Virus record (IMG/VR): IMGVR_UViG_3300010354_000066
Coordinates: 1-64,000 of that record
Length of the DNA: 64,000 nucleotides
Source: an uncultured virus (IMG/VR IMGVR_UViG_3300010354_000066)
Taxonomy: Duplodnaviria > Heunggongvirae > Uroviricota > Caudoviricetes
Strand: one strand, 5' to 3'
The translations under genes were made by a program, and so were the position numbers. The notes under the pieces are model-generated. The model was not told the DNA's origin and ran no database searches. It was given only the letters and a program-made list of their open reading frames with translations. Below, piece by piece: positions 1 through 9,271 of this stretch (positions within the stretch are counted from its first letter, which is position 1; each line of letters begins with the position of its first letter).

Positions 1-912
1 CTCTCTCGTACGCTAAAAGAAGCAGCTGAGCCACAACTTCTCGTGACTCCTCTGCTTTCCACTGTTCGCCTCGGTAAGGGGCGTTCTTTGGAGTTCCCAG
101 CAGTCAACGCAATCCAAGCAGCAGAGATTCCAGAAGGACAAGAATATCCAGAGCAAGCACTCGCCTTCGCAAAGCAGGTAGAAGGCAAAGTTTCAAAGAA
201 GGGTGTAAAGTTAGCTTTCACTGAGGAAGTTATCGCTGACTCACTTTGGGACATTGTCGGTCTGCACGTTCGTGCAGCAGGCCGTGCCATGGCTCGCCTA
301 AAGGAGCAAATTGCTCTTAGCCGCTTCAAGGATGCAGCTACTATCGTTTTCGACAACGACAGTGGTTCATATGATGACACAACAGGTTTGGACATTGATG
401 GCGCAGCCAACAAGACAATCACCTGGGATGACATCATTGACATGGCTGCCGTTCTAATGGCTGAAAATCATATTCCAACAGATTTCATTCTTCACCCCCT
501 CATGTGGTCGGTCTTCCTTAAGGATTCGATCTTCCACGCTGGCGGTGCAGCTTCAGCTGTTGGAACTAGCTGGGGTTATCGTCCTCAGTCGGCAGAGGGT
601 GCATTAAACGCAACCGCTCCCATGGGTCTAAACGTACTGGTTTCACCATTCGTTAGCTTCACCGCTAAGAGTGGCGCTACACCAGCCAAGTCAGACCTCT
701 TCTTGATTGATCGTAACGAGGTAGGTACTCTCCTCGTTAAGGATGACATGAGCACAGATCAGTTCGATGATCCTAGCCGTGACCTCCGCTCACTCAAGAT
801 GAAAGAGCGTTACGACATCGTTATGTTGGGTGACGGTGAGGGTATTACAGTCGCTAAGAATGTAAGACTCAGCCGTAACTACGAGGTAATGGTTACCAAC
901 GAAACAGCCTGA
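1..912 (+). CDS. Major capsid protein (HK97-like fold), 5'-truncated by the window edge
   Basis: Frame is open from base 1 (LSRTLKEAAEPQLLVTPLL...), so the GTG at 43 is not the true start. Contains capsid-like segments (AAEIPEGQEYP, KKGVKLAFTEEVIADS, DFILHPLMW, KMKERYD). Codon usage looks like a highly expressed gene and a strong terminator follows. Confidence 0.85.
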   Translation, partial: LSRTLKEAAEPQLLVTPLLSTVRLGKGRSLEFPAVNAIQAAEIPEGQEYPEQALAFAKQVEGKVSKKGVKLAFTEEVIADSLWDIVGLHVRAAGRAMARLKEQIALSRFKDAATIVFDNDSGSYDDTTGLDIDGAANKTITWDDIIDMAAVLMAENHIPTDFILHPLMWSVFLKDSIFHAGGAASAVGTSWGYRPQSAEGALNATAPMGLNVLVSPFVSFTAKSGATPAKSDLFLIDRNEVGTLLVKDDMSTDQFDDPSRDLRSLKMKERYDIVMLGDGEGITVAKNVRLSRNYEVMVTNETA

Positions 913-954
913 TAAAACCTTAGGGTTGTTATAGTTACGAATAAGCCCTAAAGC

Positions 955-994
955 TAGGGGACGGTATGAGAAATCTGCCGTCCCCTATGCTTTT
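955..994 (+). terminator. Intrinsic terminator after the capsid gene, preceded by a second hairpin at about 920-951
   Basis: TAGGGGACGG (955-964) pairs with CCGTCCCCTA (978-987), then TTTT at 991-994. The upstream TTAGGGTT...AGCCCTAA can also pair. Confidence 0.8.
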
Positions 995-1008
995 ATCTGA
1001 GTAATTTG

Positions 1009-1015
1009 TTACTAT
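1009..1015 (+). promoter_or_regulatory. TTACTAT candidate phage late-promoter motif
   Basis: Intergenic, just after the terminator and about 30 nt before the next start. The same heptamer sits upstream of the genes at 2239, 5345, 9272 and 60874. Confidence 0.55.
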
Positions 1016-1046
1016 TATTTATAGTTTTGATTATGGAGTGTGTTGA

Positions 1047-1820
1047 GTGGCGCTATATTTAATTGATAATGCAACTGTAACTATCAATACAGTAAACATT
1101 AAGTTTGGTAGAACCATAAAAATAGCATCATTAGTTAATGCTAACTTTACTGTACAAACAGATACAGCTACTCCAGTTTCGGTGTCTTCTCCTTTTAGAA
1201 CAATAAATACACTAACTGATTATAATCAAATAAGCAGAACATTAACTCTTTATTGGAACACTGTATTAAGTTCAAATACAGATTATGTTTTAAAGATAAA
1301 TAACTTATTAGACTCATCAGGTTTAACTGTTCCAGAAGAAAGAATAACATTCACTAGCCAGACAAGTTCCGCCACACCCTCAATTCTTCAAGAAACTCAG
1401 GGTACGGTTATTAATGAAGTCTTAATTGAAGATAAGTCTGTTAGGGTAGATATAGAAACTGGATATCAAATATTAGCTAAAAATCCAAATTTCTATATAG
1501 AGTCAACAAATCCTACTAGTGGAGATTTTTATCTTAACAATGATGAAAACAATGGTAGAGTGACAATAACATTCAGTTCACGTCCGGCGTCAAACTTTCT
1601 AACATCTAAATACTTTAAGGCTCAGAGGAAAAAAATCCAAAAGACGCCATCTAGATGGGAAAGTGTTAGTGCGCAAATCTCGCTACACTCTTGGAAACCG
1701 GATGTTTACGTCGACTTTCCATCAACAGATGCAACACCTGTTTATTACACCGAAGATAAAGAATACTTTGAAACAGGATATAAATACAGAGTAATAGTTT
1801 CCGCTGAAGTAGGTATATGA
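1047..1820 (+). CDS. Virion structural protein with two Ig-like beta-sandwich domains (probable head decoration/accessory)
   Basis: 257 aa, beta-rich, with Big-like patterns (INIKF...LTLYWNTVLSSNTDYVLKINNLLDSSG; VTITFS...FETGYKYRVIVS). GGAG RBS; directly follows the capsid gene. Confidence 0.55.
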   Translation: MALYLIDNATVTINTVNIKFGRTIKIASLVNANFTVQTDTATPVSVSSPFRTINTLTDYNQISRTLTLYWNTVLSSNTDYVLKINNLLDSSGLTVPEERITFTSQTSSATPSILQETQGTVINEVLIEDKSVRVDIETGYQILAKNPNFYIESTNPTSGDFYLNNDENNGRVTITFSSRPASNFLTSKYFKAQRKKIQKTPSRWESVSAQISLHSWKPDVYVDFPSTDATPVYYTEDKEYFETGYKYRVIVSAEVGI

Positions 1821-2230
1821 TGTCAAATGCTCTCTACGCTAAAGCTAAAGAAGCTCTTCTTGAGGGCCTATTAGATTTAACTGATGACACTCTAAAAATA
1901 TGTTTAGTAAAAAGTACATATACAGTAAATCTATCAGATCACCAATATTTGTCAGACATAGGAAGTTCTAACATTGCTGCGACTAGCACTTCTTTGTTAG
2001 GTAAAACCACTAGTAATGGCATCTTTGATGCGGAGAATATTACCATAGAAGATTATGGTACAAGTGGTTTTAATTATGTAGTCTTATTTAAAGACACTGG
2101 ATTAGCATCTACATCCAGATTAATAGCTTATATAGATACAGCAGATGGTTTACCAGTTTCATCTAGTTCTTCAGCAATATCAATTACTATAAACTGGAGT
2201 AATGCAATTAATAAAATATTTACACTATAG
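1817..2230 (+). CDS. Small conserved phage structural protein
   Basis: 137 aa, overlaps the upstream stop (ATGA). Pattern LYAKAKEALL..LDL..DTLKICLV...FDA...LIAYID...ITINW recurs in phage virion proteins as I recall them. Confidence 0.5.
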   Translation: MMSNALYAKAKEALLEGLLDLTDDTLKICLVKSTYTVNLSDHQYLSDIGSSNIAATSTSLLGKTTSNGIFDAENITIEDYGTSGFNYVVLFKDTGLASTSRLIAYIDTADGLPVSSSSSAISITINWSNAINKIFTL

Positions 2231-2238
2231 GAATATAT

Positions 2239-2577
2239 ATGTCTACACAGTATCCTGCATCCTTGGACAATTTTGTTAATCCAACTGCAACAGATAAGCT
2301 AAATTCTGTCTCAGTTCCACACCATCAACAGCACACCGACTTAAACGACGCTGTTGAGGCAATACAAACGGTTCTCGGTTTATCGCCAGCTGGATCTCAT
2401 TTAACTGTAAAAGATAGAATAATAGCAGTAGAATCAGCAATAGATGATCAATCTGTTTTAAATGGTTTAACAGATGTTACTATAGGTTTAGCTGCTAGTG
2501 GCGATGTTTTACGCTATAACGGCACTGCATGGGTTAATTATAGCGAAGAAAATCTTGTAGATGGAGGAAACTTTTAA
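2239..2577 (+). CDS. Short fibre adaptor/virion protein ending in DGGNF
   Basis: AGGA RBS. N-terminal YPASLD...[16 protein letters not shown] helical motif, an LTDV...[13 protein letters not shown] fibre repeat and C-terminal VDGGNF. Confidence 0.55.
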   Translation: MSTQYPASLDNFVNPTATDKLNSVSVPHHQQHTDLNDAVEAIQTVLGLSPAGSHLTVKDRIIAVESAIDDQSVLNGLTDVTIGLAASGDVLRYNGTAWVNYSEENLVDGGNF

Positions 2578-2579
2578 AA

Positions 2580-4937
2580 ATGGCTAATACAATTAGAATT
2601 AAAAGAAGGGCGTCTGGTTCATCTGGTGCACCTAGTAGTCTAGAAAACGCAGAACTGGCGTTTAATGAAGTTGATAATACACTTTATTATGGAAAAGGAA
2701 CAGGTGGTGCTGGAGGTACCGCTTCGACCGTTGAAGCTATAGCTGGTTCTGGTGCATTCGCCACTCTTTCTACAGAACAGACAATCAGTGGTAATAAAAC
2801 ATTCTCTGGAACTGTTGCACTTGGTTCAAGCGCAACAGCATCAACACAAACAGCAGGAGATAATAGTACAAAAGTTGCTACTACAGCCTATGTAGATAGT
2901 GCAGTGACTACTGCATCGTATAGCTTTACTTTAGCTGGAGATTCTGGTACATCACAAGAAATTGTAGATGCAGAGACAGTAACAATTTCAGGTGGAACAG
3001 GTCTTTCTTCTGTTGCTAGTAATACAAATACACTAACAATTAACCTGGACAATACCAGTGTTACTGCTGGCTCTTATGGTTCAGCCACAGAAATTCCAAC
3101 TTTTACAGTAGATGCACAGGGGCGCTTAACAGCAGCTGGAACAGCATCTATATCAACCTCATTAACTGTTGGTGCAGATAGTGGTACAGCTGATTCTGTC
3201 GCTTTAGGCACAGATACTCTAACATTTACTGGTGGAACTGGTATCGATACAGCTGTAACAAATAATACGATTACAGTAAATATCGATAGCACTGTAGCCA
3301 CTTTAACTGGTACTCAAACTTTAACAAATAAAACTATAGATGTAGCCACAGGAACTGGAAACGTTTTTCAGATTCAAGGTAACTCTATTACTTCATATGT
3401 TGGTTCTGGCGCTAATGTAGTCCTTTCATCCAGTCCAACCATTACAAACCTTTATACCACTGGTACTGGTATGCACTTCACTGGTTCTACATCTGGAACA
3501 ACCAATGTTATTGCTAGTGCAACCGCATCAGGAATTCTAACATTACCTGCTGCAACTGACACTCTCGTCGGTAAAGCAACAACTGATACATTAACTAATA
3601 AGACAATTAGTGGTTCAAATAACACAATTACAAATATTGGAAATGGTTCACTTACAAATTCATCTATAACAATTGGTACAACTTCAACAGCACTTGGAGC
3701 TACTAGCAACACTTTAGCTGGACTACAACAGCTAGATGTTGATAATATTAGAATAGATGGAAATACAATTTCTGCAACAGATACAAACGGTGGAATTTCA
3801 TTAGATCCAAACGGAACAGGTCACATTTCTGTTAATAGTGCAAGAATAGAAAATCTTGCAAATCCAGAAAATCCACAAGACGCTGCAACAAAAGCTTATG
3901 TAGATTCAGCTACTCAAGGGCTACACATTCACGCCACCGTTAAGGCAGCAACTGGAGCTACTTTAGCTAGCATAACTGGCGGTTCAGTTACATACGATAA
4001 TGGAACCAATGGGGTTGGAGCTACTCTTACTCTAGGCACAGCTTTGACATCTTTAGATAATTATAATCTCCAGAATGGAGATAGAATTCTTGTTAAGAAT
4101 CAAGCAACCGCAGCACATAACGGTATTTATATATGGGCAACAGGCGGAACAGTATTAACAAGAGCTACTGACTTTGATACAGCAACAGAAATTGCTGGTG
4201 GAGACTTTGTTTTTGTTGATAGTGGTGATAACTATGGTAATACTGGCTGGGTTACTGCAGACGAAGTTGGGACTGTTGGAACAGACGCAGTAAACTGGAT
4301 TCAGTTCTCTGGCGCAGGAACATACCTCGCCGGAAGTGGATTAGTATTAGATGGTTCTACATTTAATATTAATTTAGCTTCGAACAGCGGACTACTTATA
4401 ACTTCAGATGAACTACAGGTAAATAGTGCAATCGCCGGAAATGGTTTAACATTTTCAAATGGTGTTATTGCAATTGGTGGTACCTCAGATAGAATAAGCG
4501 TTACATCAGACGCAATAGATATTGCATCAACATACGCTGGACAGTCAAGTATCACGACACTGGGTACAATTACTACTGGTACATGGAATGGTACAACCAT
4601 TGCTATAGCAAATGGTGGAACCGGAGCAACAGATGCATCAACAGCTAGATCAAATCTAGGTTTGGTAATCGGAACAGATGTTCAGGCTTACGATGCAGAG
4701 CTTGCTGCAATAGCAGGTCTTACATCGGCAACTGATAAATTGCCATACTTCACTGGAACTGGAACAGCAGCTCTTGCCACATTTACCTCCTTTGGTCGGT
4801 CACTAGTAGATGACGCTGACGCTTCGACAGCTAGAACAACATTAGGTTTGGGAACAATAGCTACACAAAATTCAAACAATGTGTCTATTACTGGTGGAAG
4901 CATAGATAACGTTACAATAGATGGCGGTTCTTTCTAA
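2580..4937 (+). CDS. Long Thr/Gly/Ser-rich fibre protein (head/neck fibre)
   Basis: 785 aa. N-terminus IRIKRR...[21 protein letters not shown] resembles Mtd_N/HylP-type fibre N-termini. Contains fibre motifs [28 protein letters not shown]...NGIY, internal repeats (DSGT..GGTG x2, TLTNKTI x2, DASTAR..LGL x2) and ends IDGGSF. Confidence 0.75.
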   Translation: MANTIRIKRRASGSSGAPSSLENAELAFNEVDNTLYYGKGTGGAGGTASTVEAIAGSGAFATLSTEQTISGNKTFSGTVALGSSATASTQTAGDNSTKVATTAYVDSAVTTASYSFTLAGDSGTSQEIVDAETVTISGGTGLSSVASNTNTLTINLDNTSVTAGSYGSATEIPTFTVDAQGRLTAAGTASISTSLTVGADSGTADSVALGTDTLTFTGGTGIDTAVTNNTITVNIDSTVATLTGTQTLTNKTIDVATGTGNVFQIQGNSITSYVGSGANVVLSSSPTITNLYTTGTGMHFTGSTSGTTNVIASATASGILTLPAATDTLVGKATTDTLTNKTISGSNNTITNIGNGSLTNSSITIGTTSTALGATSNTLAGLQQLDVDNIRIDGNTISATDTNGGISLDPNGTGHISVNSARIENLANPENPQDAATKAYVDSATQGLHIHATVKAATGATLASITGGSVTYDNGTNGVGATLTLGTALTSLDNYNLQNGDRILVKNQATAAHNGIYIWATGGTVLTRATDFDTATEIAGGDFVFVDSGDNYGNTGWVTADEVGTVGTDAVNWIQFSGAGTYLAGSGLVLDGSTFNINLASNSGLLITSDELQVNSAIAGNGLTFSNGVIAIGGTSDRISVTSDAIDIASTYAGQSSITTLGTITTGTWNGTTIAIANGGTGATDASTARSNLGLVIGTDVQAYDAELAAIAGLTSATDKLPYFTGTGTAALATFTSFGRSLVDDADASTARTTLGLGTIATQNSNNVSITGGSIDNVTIDGGSF

Positions 4938-4952
4938 TAGAGAGATACTTAG

Positions 4953-5330
4953 ATGATTTATAATGGAGAAATTAATTACAATGAACCTTATTTCCAATAT
5001 AATGGAATAAGGGTAGTAGCTCCAGAATCATTCGGCCCAACAGCTGTACTTAATAATCCTAAAATATTAGGTGTATTATTAATATCTCCAGAAAGCATTA
5101 ATTCTACACTTGTATTTGTAAGTACTCACAATATAGTTTCCTCTACTGGATTAGTTGATATCACTAATTCAACTTCATCAATGAGTTTTAGTACATTAAA
5201 TAATCAAGAGGGTTTTATTGTATTCAATGTCTTGGAAGATGACGCGTTTGCTATATCTCAAGCAGAGACAATTATTTTAAGTGAAAATTCAGCTGGCACT
5301 GTAGACGTTACTATAATACCAACTGCTTAA
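4953..5330 (+). CDS. Hypothetical virion protein
   Basis: 125-aa ORF that fills the gap in the operon and has a purine-rich leader. No family recognised. Confidence 0.5.
   Translation: MIYNGEINYNEPYFQYNGIRVVAPESFGPTAVLNNPKILGVLLISPESINSTLVFVSTHNIVSSTGLVDITNSTSSMSFSTLNNQEGFIVFNVLEDDAFAISQAETIILSENSAGTVDVTIIPTA
5308..5314 (+). promoter_or_regulatory. TTACTAT candidate late-promoter motif
   Basis: GTTACTATAAT about 30 nt upstream of the ATG at 5345. It also contains TATAAT. Confidence 0.45.
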
Positions 5331-5344
5331 GATAGAGGTTAAAT

Positions 5345-6232
5345 ATGTCTACAGAAAAAATATTGGTTAATGATACAGTAAGAATTCGGGTTAAGTTTGT
5401 AGATACAGATCCCACAACTGGCGAACAAGTTGATATATATCCAGCCGCTGTAAATGTTAAGATATATGACTCTGACAATAACCAGCTCATATCTGAAAGC
5501 GCGGAAGAATCAACACCATCTGTATGGTACTATGATTATACGCCAACATCAGCTGATACATACAGTGTCAAATTTACTGGAACATTAGATTCTGGAAATA
5601 ATGTAATAGTTCAGCAAAAATTATATGTTTCTTCTTTAGAAGAAGAATTTAAGCCAACAGTTATATTAAAAACAGAAGAAATTATAGCTTTTGCGCCTGA
5701 CGTTGATCCACTATACCTTGATCCAGAGTCGCTCATTCCTTATTTTCCAGACGCCTCCCTGCTTGAAATAGGAGAGATAATACACAATTATTCTAATGAA
5801 GTTAAGGCTTTATATAATCTGTTAGATGAAGAAGATGGCAGTAACCTATCTTTTACAGTTTTAGAATACATCAAAGCTGCTACTGCATGTGAATTAAGTA
5901 GAACATATGGATTTGGTGGAGATGACGAAGTATCGGTAAGATTGGGTGATCTATCGATCATGAATAGATCAATACCAAGAAATAAGGTAACAAGAGACAA
6001 TGCCACAACCTGGTGTCAAATAGCGGCGTCATTGAGAAAAGAAATATTAGCAGGTAAGGTCGGTCCAAAAGGCTTTCAACCTAAGAGTCTTCCAGGACTG
6101 TCTATCTATGATAGCAAGCTAAATGATAAAATTGTTTATCCTTCCGGGAGAGAACTTTACGATCCCAATGGAACAACAACATCACTAAATGATGACCCGA
6201 TGCCTAAGAGAGGGTTCAAGAAGTATGATTGA
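5345..6232 (+). CDS. Probable head-tail adaptor with N-terminal Ig-like domain
   Basis: 295 aa, GAGG RBS. N-terminal beta-sandwich (DTVRIRVKF...WYYDYTP...YSVKFTG) followed by a helical region with YIKAATACEL...SVRLGDLSI, like gp6/gp15-type adaptors. Neck position in the gene order. Confidence 0.55.
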   Translation: MSTEKILVNDTVRIRVKFVDTDPTTGEQVDIYPAAVNVKIYDSDNNQLISESAEESTPSVWYYDYTPTSADTYSVKFTGTLDSGNNVIVQQKLYVSSLEEEFKPTVILKTEEIIAFAPDVDPLYLDPESLIPYFPDASLLEIGEIIHNYSNEVKALYNLLDEEDGSNLSFTVLEYIKAATACELSRTYGFGGDDEVSVRLGDLSIMNRSIPRNKVTRDNATTWCQIAASLRKEILAGKVGPKGFQPKSLPGLSIYDSKLNDKIVYPSGRELYDPNGTTTSLNDDPMPKRGFKKYD

Positions 6233-6596
6233 TATTAGAAGATCATTTAAGAAAATACTTCGTGAATGGGGTCATGACGTTTATGTTCAAAGAATATTGG
6301 CTAATGGCAACCACGCTAATCAATTTGAAAGAGTGACCACCAGACAGGTAGGTCAATCAGGAACATCAAACGCCAACGCTTCTCAAGAATTTCCAGAAGG
6401 TCTTTACACTAATTATGACGCCGTTTATTATTTTGAGGATCACATATATCCCAAAGAAGGAGATAGAATATACGAAAACTTCTCCTTAAAAGCATCTAAG
6501 AATTACACCTTATTTAGAATAGACGCAGTTACAGCAGTAAGGGGTCGTCAGGGGAAAATTAATTATTGGGTAGTTGGCGCTACAAGAGAGAAGTAA
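6225..6596 (+). CDS. Probable head closure/stopper protein
   Basis: ATG at 6225 is preferred over 6189 (short overlap with upstream gene). Pattern ILREWGHDVYV...YYFE...PKEGDRIYE...FRI.AV...RG..GKINYW fits head-tail stoppers. Confidence 0.55.
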   Translation: MIDIRRSFKKILREWGHDVYVQRILANGNHANQFERVTTRQVGQSGTSNANASQEFPEGLYTNYDAVYYFEDHIYPKEGDRIYENFSLKASKNYTLFRIDAVTAVRGRQGKINYWVVGATREK

Positions 6597-6597
6597 T

Positions 6598-8193
6598 ATG
6601 TTAGTTTTAACTAAGGGACAATCCGCTCAGTTCAAATTCATATTTACAGATTATGATGGAAGTATATACGATCCAGCAGGATTAGCTACCCCAGTAGATG
6701 TAGTAGTATATGTTTTGAGAGGTGAGTCCGCAGGTGGCGCACTAATAGATGGGCCATACTCTCTTTTGAATCAGGATCCAGAAGAAACTGGAAATAGAAT
6801 AGAACGAATTTCTGCTGGAGAATATACTTTTCATTACACAGTTCCTCAAAGTTTATTTGAATATAAATATTCAGTAATAGCAAGAACATCTTCTGAGGTA
6901 CAAACAATTAATGTAGCCTCACCTTTTCAGGTAAAAGCTGGAACATCTTCACTATCTCCAACTTCAGTTGTTGCTCCTAAATCTGGTATTATAAATTATA
7001 ATCCAACATATGAGCAATTAAATAGATCTAATACAAATACGATACTTTTAGTAGGCCACGCAGATGGAATAGAATTAAATTTTCCAGTAAAAATAAATTC
7101 CATTCAGCACGCAATTGATCTGTTAAATGGAAATATTAATAGCCCATTATTAAGAGGTGTATTAGACGCATACTCTTGTGGAGCTAGAGACATTATGATA
7201 TGCGCTGCTGCGCCAATGATAGAGTATGTAGATAAATACGATAATCGATTAATAGAAACAACTTTATTTAGTTTAAATGATGCAACCCCCAGTTCTCAAA
7301 ACTTTTACGAGAGATATTATGATCGGTTAGCAGAAACCTATGAATCTATTATCAATTTAGATTTTATAGACATAATAGTTCCACTAGAAACGTCTATTAT
7401 AAATACTGGAGATGTTGATTTCATTATACAGTTAGCAGATTATCTAGATAATTTTCATAATACAACAGGAAATGTTCAGATGGGAATTATTGGCTCTCGT
7501 TCAAACGGAATAAAATCATCAGATATAGATCTTTTAAAAGAAGATTATATTTTTACAGATAAACTCACTCAGTACGCTTACGGTACTCAAATAATTTCTG
7601 ATAAAGGAAGATATGTTATTCCAGTTTATGGAGAACTTGTTTTTCAGCATCCTCAACTTAAGGTTAGTTATACCTCAACTGCTGCTACCGCTGTTGCTGG
7701 AATGTTAGCATCGGCAAGCTTAAATAAGTCTTTAATAAGAACAAGAATTCCCGGAGCAATGTCTTTATATGGAGCTGATTTAACTTTCTCAGAGTATGAG
7801 CAATTAGAACAGCTTGGTATCAATACTCTATACAGAGGAAAGAAGACAAGAAGAGCAGTTCCATTTGAAGTATATTTAACCAATGAATACACAATGGCTA
7901 GTCCAGATTCTGTTTTTTCAAAAACTGCGCAGATGAGATTAGTTTCTTTAGTCGTTAGTGAAGTAAAAGGTATATGTTTGTCAAATTTTGACATGATTAA
8001 TTATGACAGAATAATTTCTGACACTAAACTATTCTTATTGAGTTTAAAGAATAAAAATATAATTATAGATTTTTCACTTGGAATAGACACTAGTGAAATA
8101 AATTCAGGAAAATTAATATTTGAAATTGAACTAATTTCTTCTCTTGGATTAAAGAGGGTAAACTTTAGTTTAGCAGCAGGACCCGGAGCATAA
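6598..8193 (+). CDS. Tail-sheath-like protein with N-terminal Ig-like domain
   Basis: ATG at 6598 directly follows the upstream stop. Sheath-like segments: ILLVGHA, LLRGVLDAYSCGARDIMI, AVAGMLAS, EQLEQLGINTL, MRLVSLVVSEVK, IIDFSL. Confidence 0.6.
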   Translation: MLVLTKGQSAQFKFIFTDYDGSIYDPAGLATPVDVVVYVLRGESAGGALIDGPYSLLNQDPEETGNRIERISAGEYTFHYTVPQSLFEYKYSVIARTSSEVQTINVASPFQVKAGTSSLSPTSVVAPKSGIINYNPTYEQLNRSNTNTILLVGHADGIELNFPVKINSIQHAIDLLNGNINSPLLRGVLDAYSCGARDIMICAAAPMIEYVDKYDNRLIETTLFSLNDATPSSQNFYERYYDRLAETYESIINLDFIDIIVPLETSIINTGDVDFIIQLADYLDNFHNTTGNVQMGIIGSRSNGIKSSDIDLLKEDYIFTDKLTQYAYGTQIISDKGRYVIPVYGELVFQHPQLKVSYTSTAATAVAGMLASASLNKSLIRTRIPGAMSLYGADLTFSEYEQLEQLGINTLYRGKKTRRAVPFEVYLTNEYTMASPDSVFSKTAQMRLVSLVVSEVKGICLSNFDMINYDRIISDTKLFLLSLKNKNIIIDFSLGIDTSEINSGKLIFEIELISSLGLKRVNFSLAAGPGA

Positions 8194-8194
8194 A

Positions 8195-9157
8195 ATGGTT
8201 TATATAAACAGAGGCTTTCCCACTTATCAAACTCACTTCTATGGTGTTCAAAGACAGTTTGGAGTCGAATCATTGCAAGCTCCCGGTTATAGAAGAGTAG
8301 ATGAAGATGGAATTGAAGAAATCTATTCTGGTAATTTAACATACTTAGAATTTATTAGTTTAGTTAAAAAACTATGGGAAGATTCAAATCCATTAATACC
8401 CATTTTGCCAATGTCAATAAATCGTGAGTCAAGCGTTTCTTATCAAGACTCAACAAATGTTTGGCAAGCAAAGACACTAGGAGATGGAGACTTATATTCT
8501 CAGGGTTCAACATCTGGAGTCGGATTTAATTCATCATCAGGTGTGTCAGATATTTCTTCCGCACCAAATGATACCGTTCCAAATATTGGTGAATATCCAG
8601 CAATAATTGGATATCACCTAGAGTTAAGAAAATCTCATACAACAGAACCAAAACCAAGAATGAGACAAAATATTGTTAGTTCAGCTAATAATCATTACAC
8701 AATTTATGGCCAAAGATTTCAAAATGTAATTGGCTTTACTGTAATGGCTAAAGTTGGAACTTTTCAGGGATTTAATGGAGAAACAACAACAAGAGACGAT
8801 CTAGATGCTGCAGTTTTGTGTGATCAGATTATTGAGGCATTTGAAGATTTTATGATTGAGTATACTCCAATATTTAAAGCAGCTGGAGCATCGGAGTTAT
8901 TCTATTCTAGAAGATTGGCTGACTCAGAAATTAATAGAGCTGGAAGTGACATACACAAAAGAACTGTTACATATATGTTAACAACAGAAAAGACGTATGC
9001 AATTAAGAATGAAAGAATAGAGTCGATAGCTGTAGACGCAAGAATGTGGATGGCATATGAACGAGATCTATTAAGAAATCAATTGGCTACACCAAATATT
9101 GAAGGAACAACTGGAAATATAGTTGATCTATTCCAAAATGCAACACCCAATACATAA
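8195..9157 (+). CDS. Probable tail completion/terminator protein
   Basis: 320 aa immediately before the sheath gene. YPAIIGY..., KPRMRQ, GQRFQNVIGFTV, FEDFMIEY, RTVTYMLTTE are consistent with a terminator-type alpha/beta fold; the call rests mostly on position. Confidence 0.45.
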   Translation: MVYINRGFPTYQTHFYGVQRQFGVESLQAPGYRRVDEDGIEEIYSGNLTYLEFISLVKKLWEDSNPLIPILPMSINRESSVSYQDSTNVWQAKTLGDGDLYSQGSTSGVGFNSSSGVSDISSAPNDTVPNIGEYPAIIGYHLELRKSHTTEPKPRMRQNIVSSANNHYTIYGQRFQNVIGFTVMAKVGTFQGFNGETTTRDDLDAAVLCDQIIEAFEDFMIEYTPIFKAAGASELFYSRRLADSEINRAGSDIHKRTVTYMLTTEKTYAIKNERIESIAVDARMWMAYERDLLRNQLATPNIEGTTGNIVDLFQNATPNT

Positions 9158-9217
9158 AAGCCTATATATTCTGAAGATAGTCAATTTAAGTATGTAGTTG
9201 TTTTTATAACTTAGGTG

Positions 9218-9224
9218 TTACTAT
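9218..9224 (+). promoter_or_regulatory. TTACTAT candidate late-promoter motif
   Basis: In the 114-nt intergenic spacer, about 47 nt upstream of the sheath start. Confidence 0.55.
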
Positions 9225-9271
9225 AAAGAAAGATTCAAATACGTCTTTTAATTTGGAGGATAAAATACAAC

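Noticed and set aside
2580..4937. Possible diversity-generating retroelement target (Mtd_N-like N-terminus)
   Set aside because: No reverse transcriptase, no template/variable repeat pair and no C-type-lectin-like C-terminus seen in the window.
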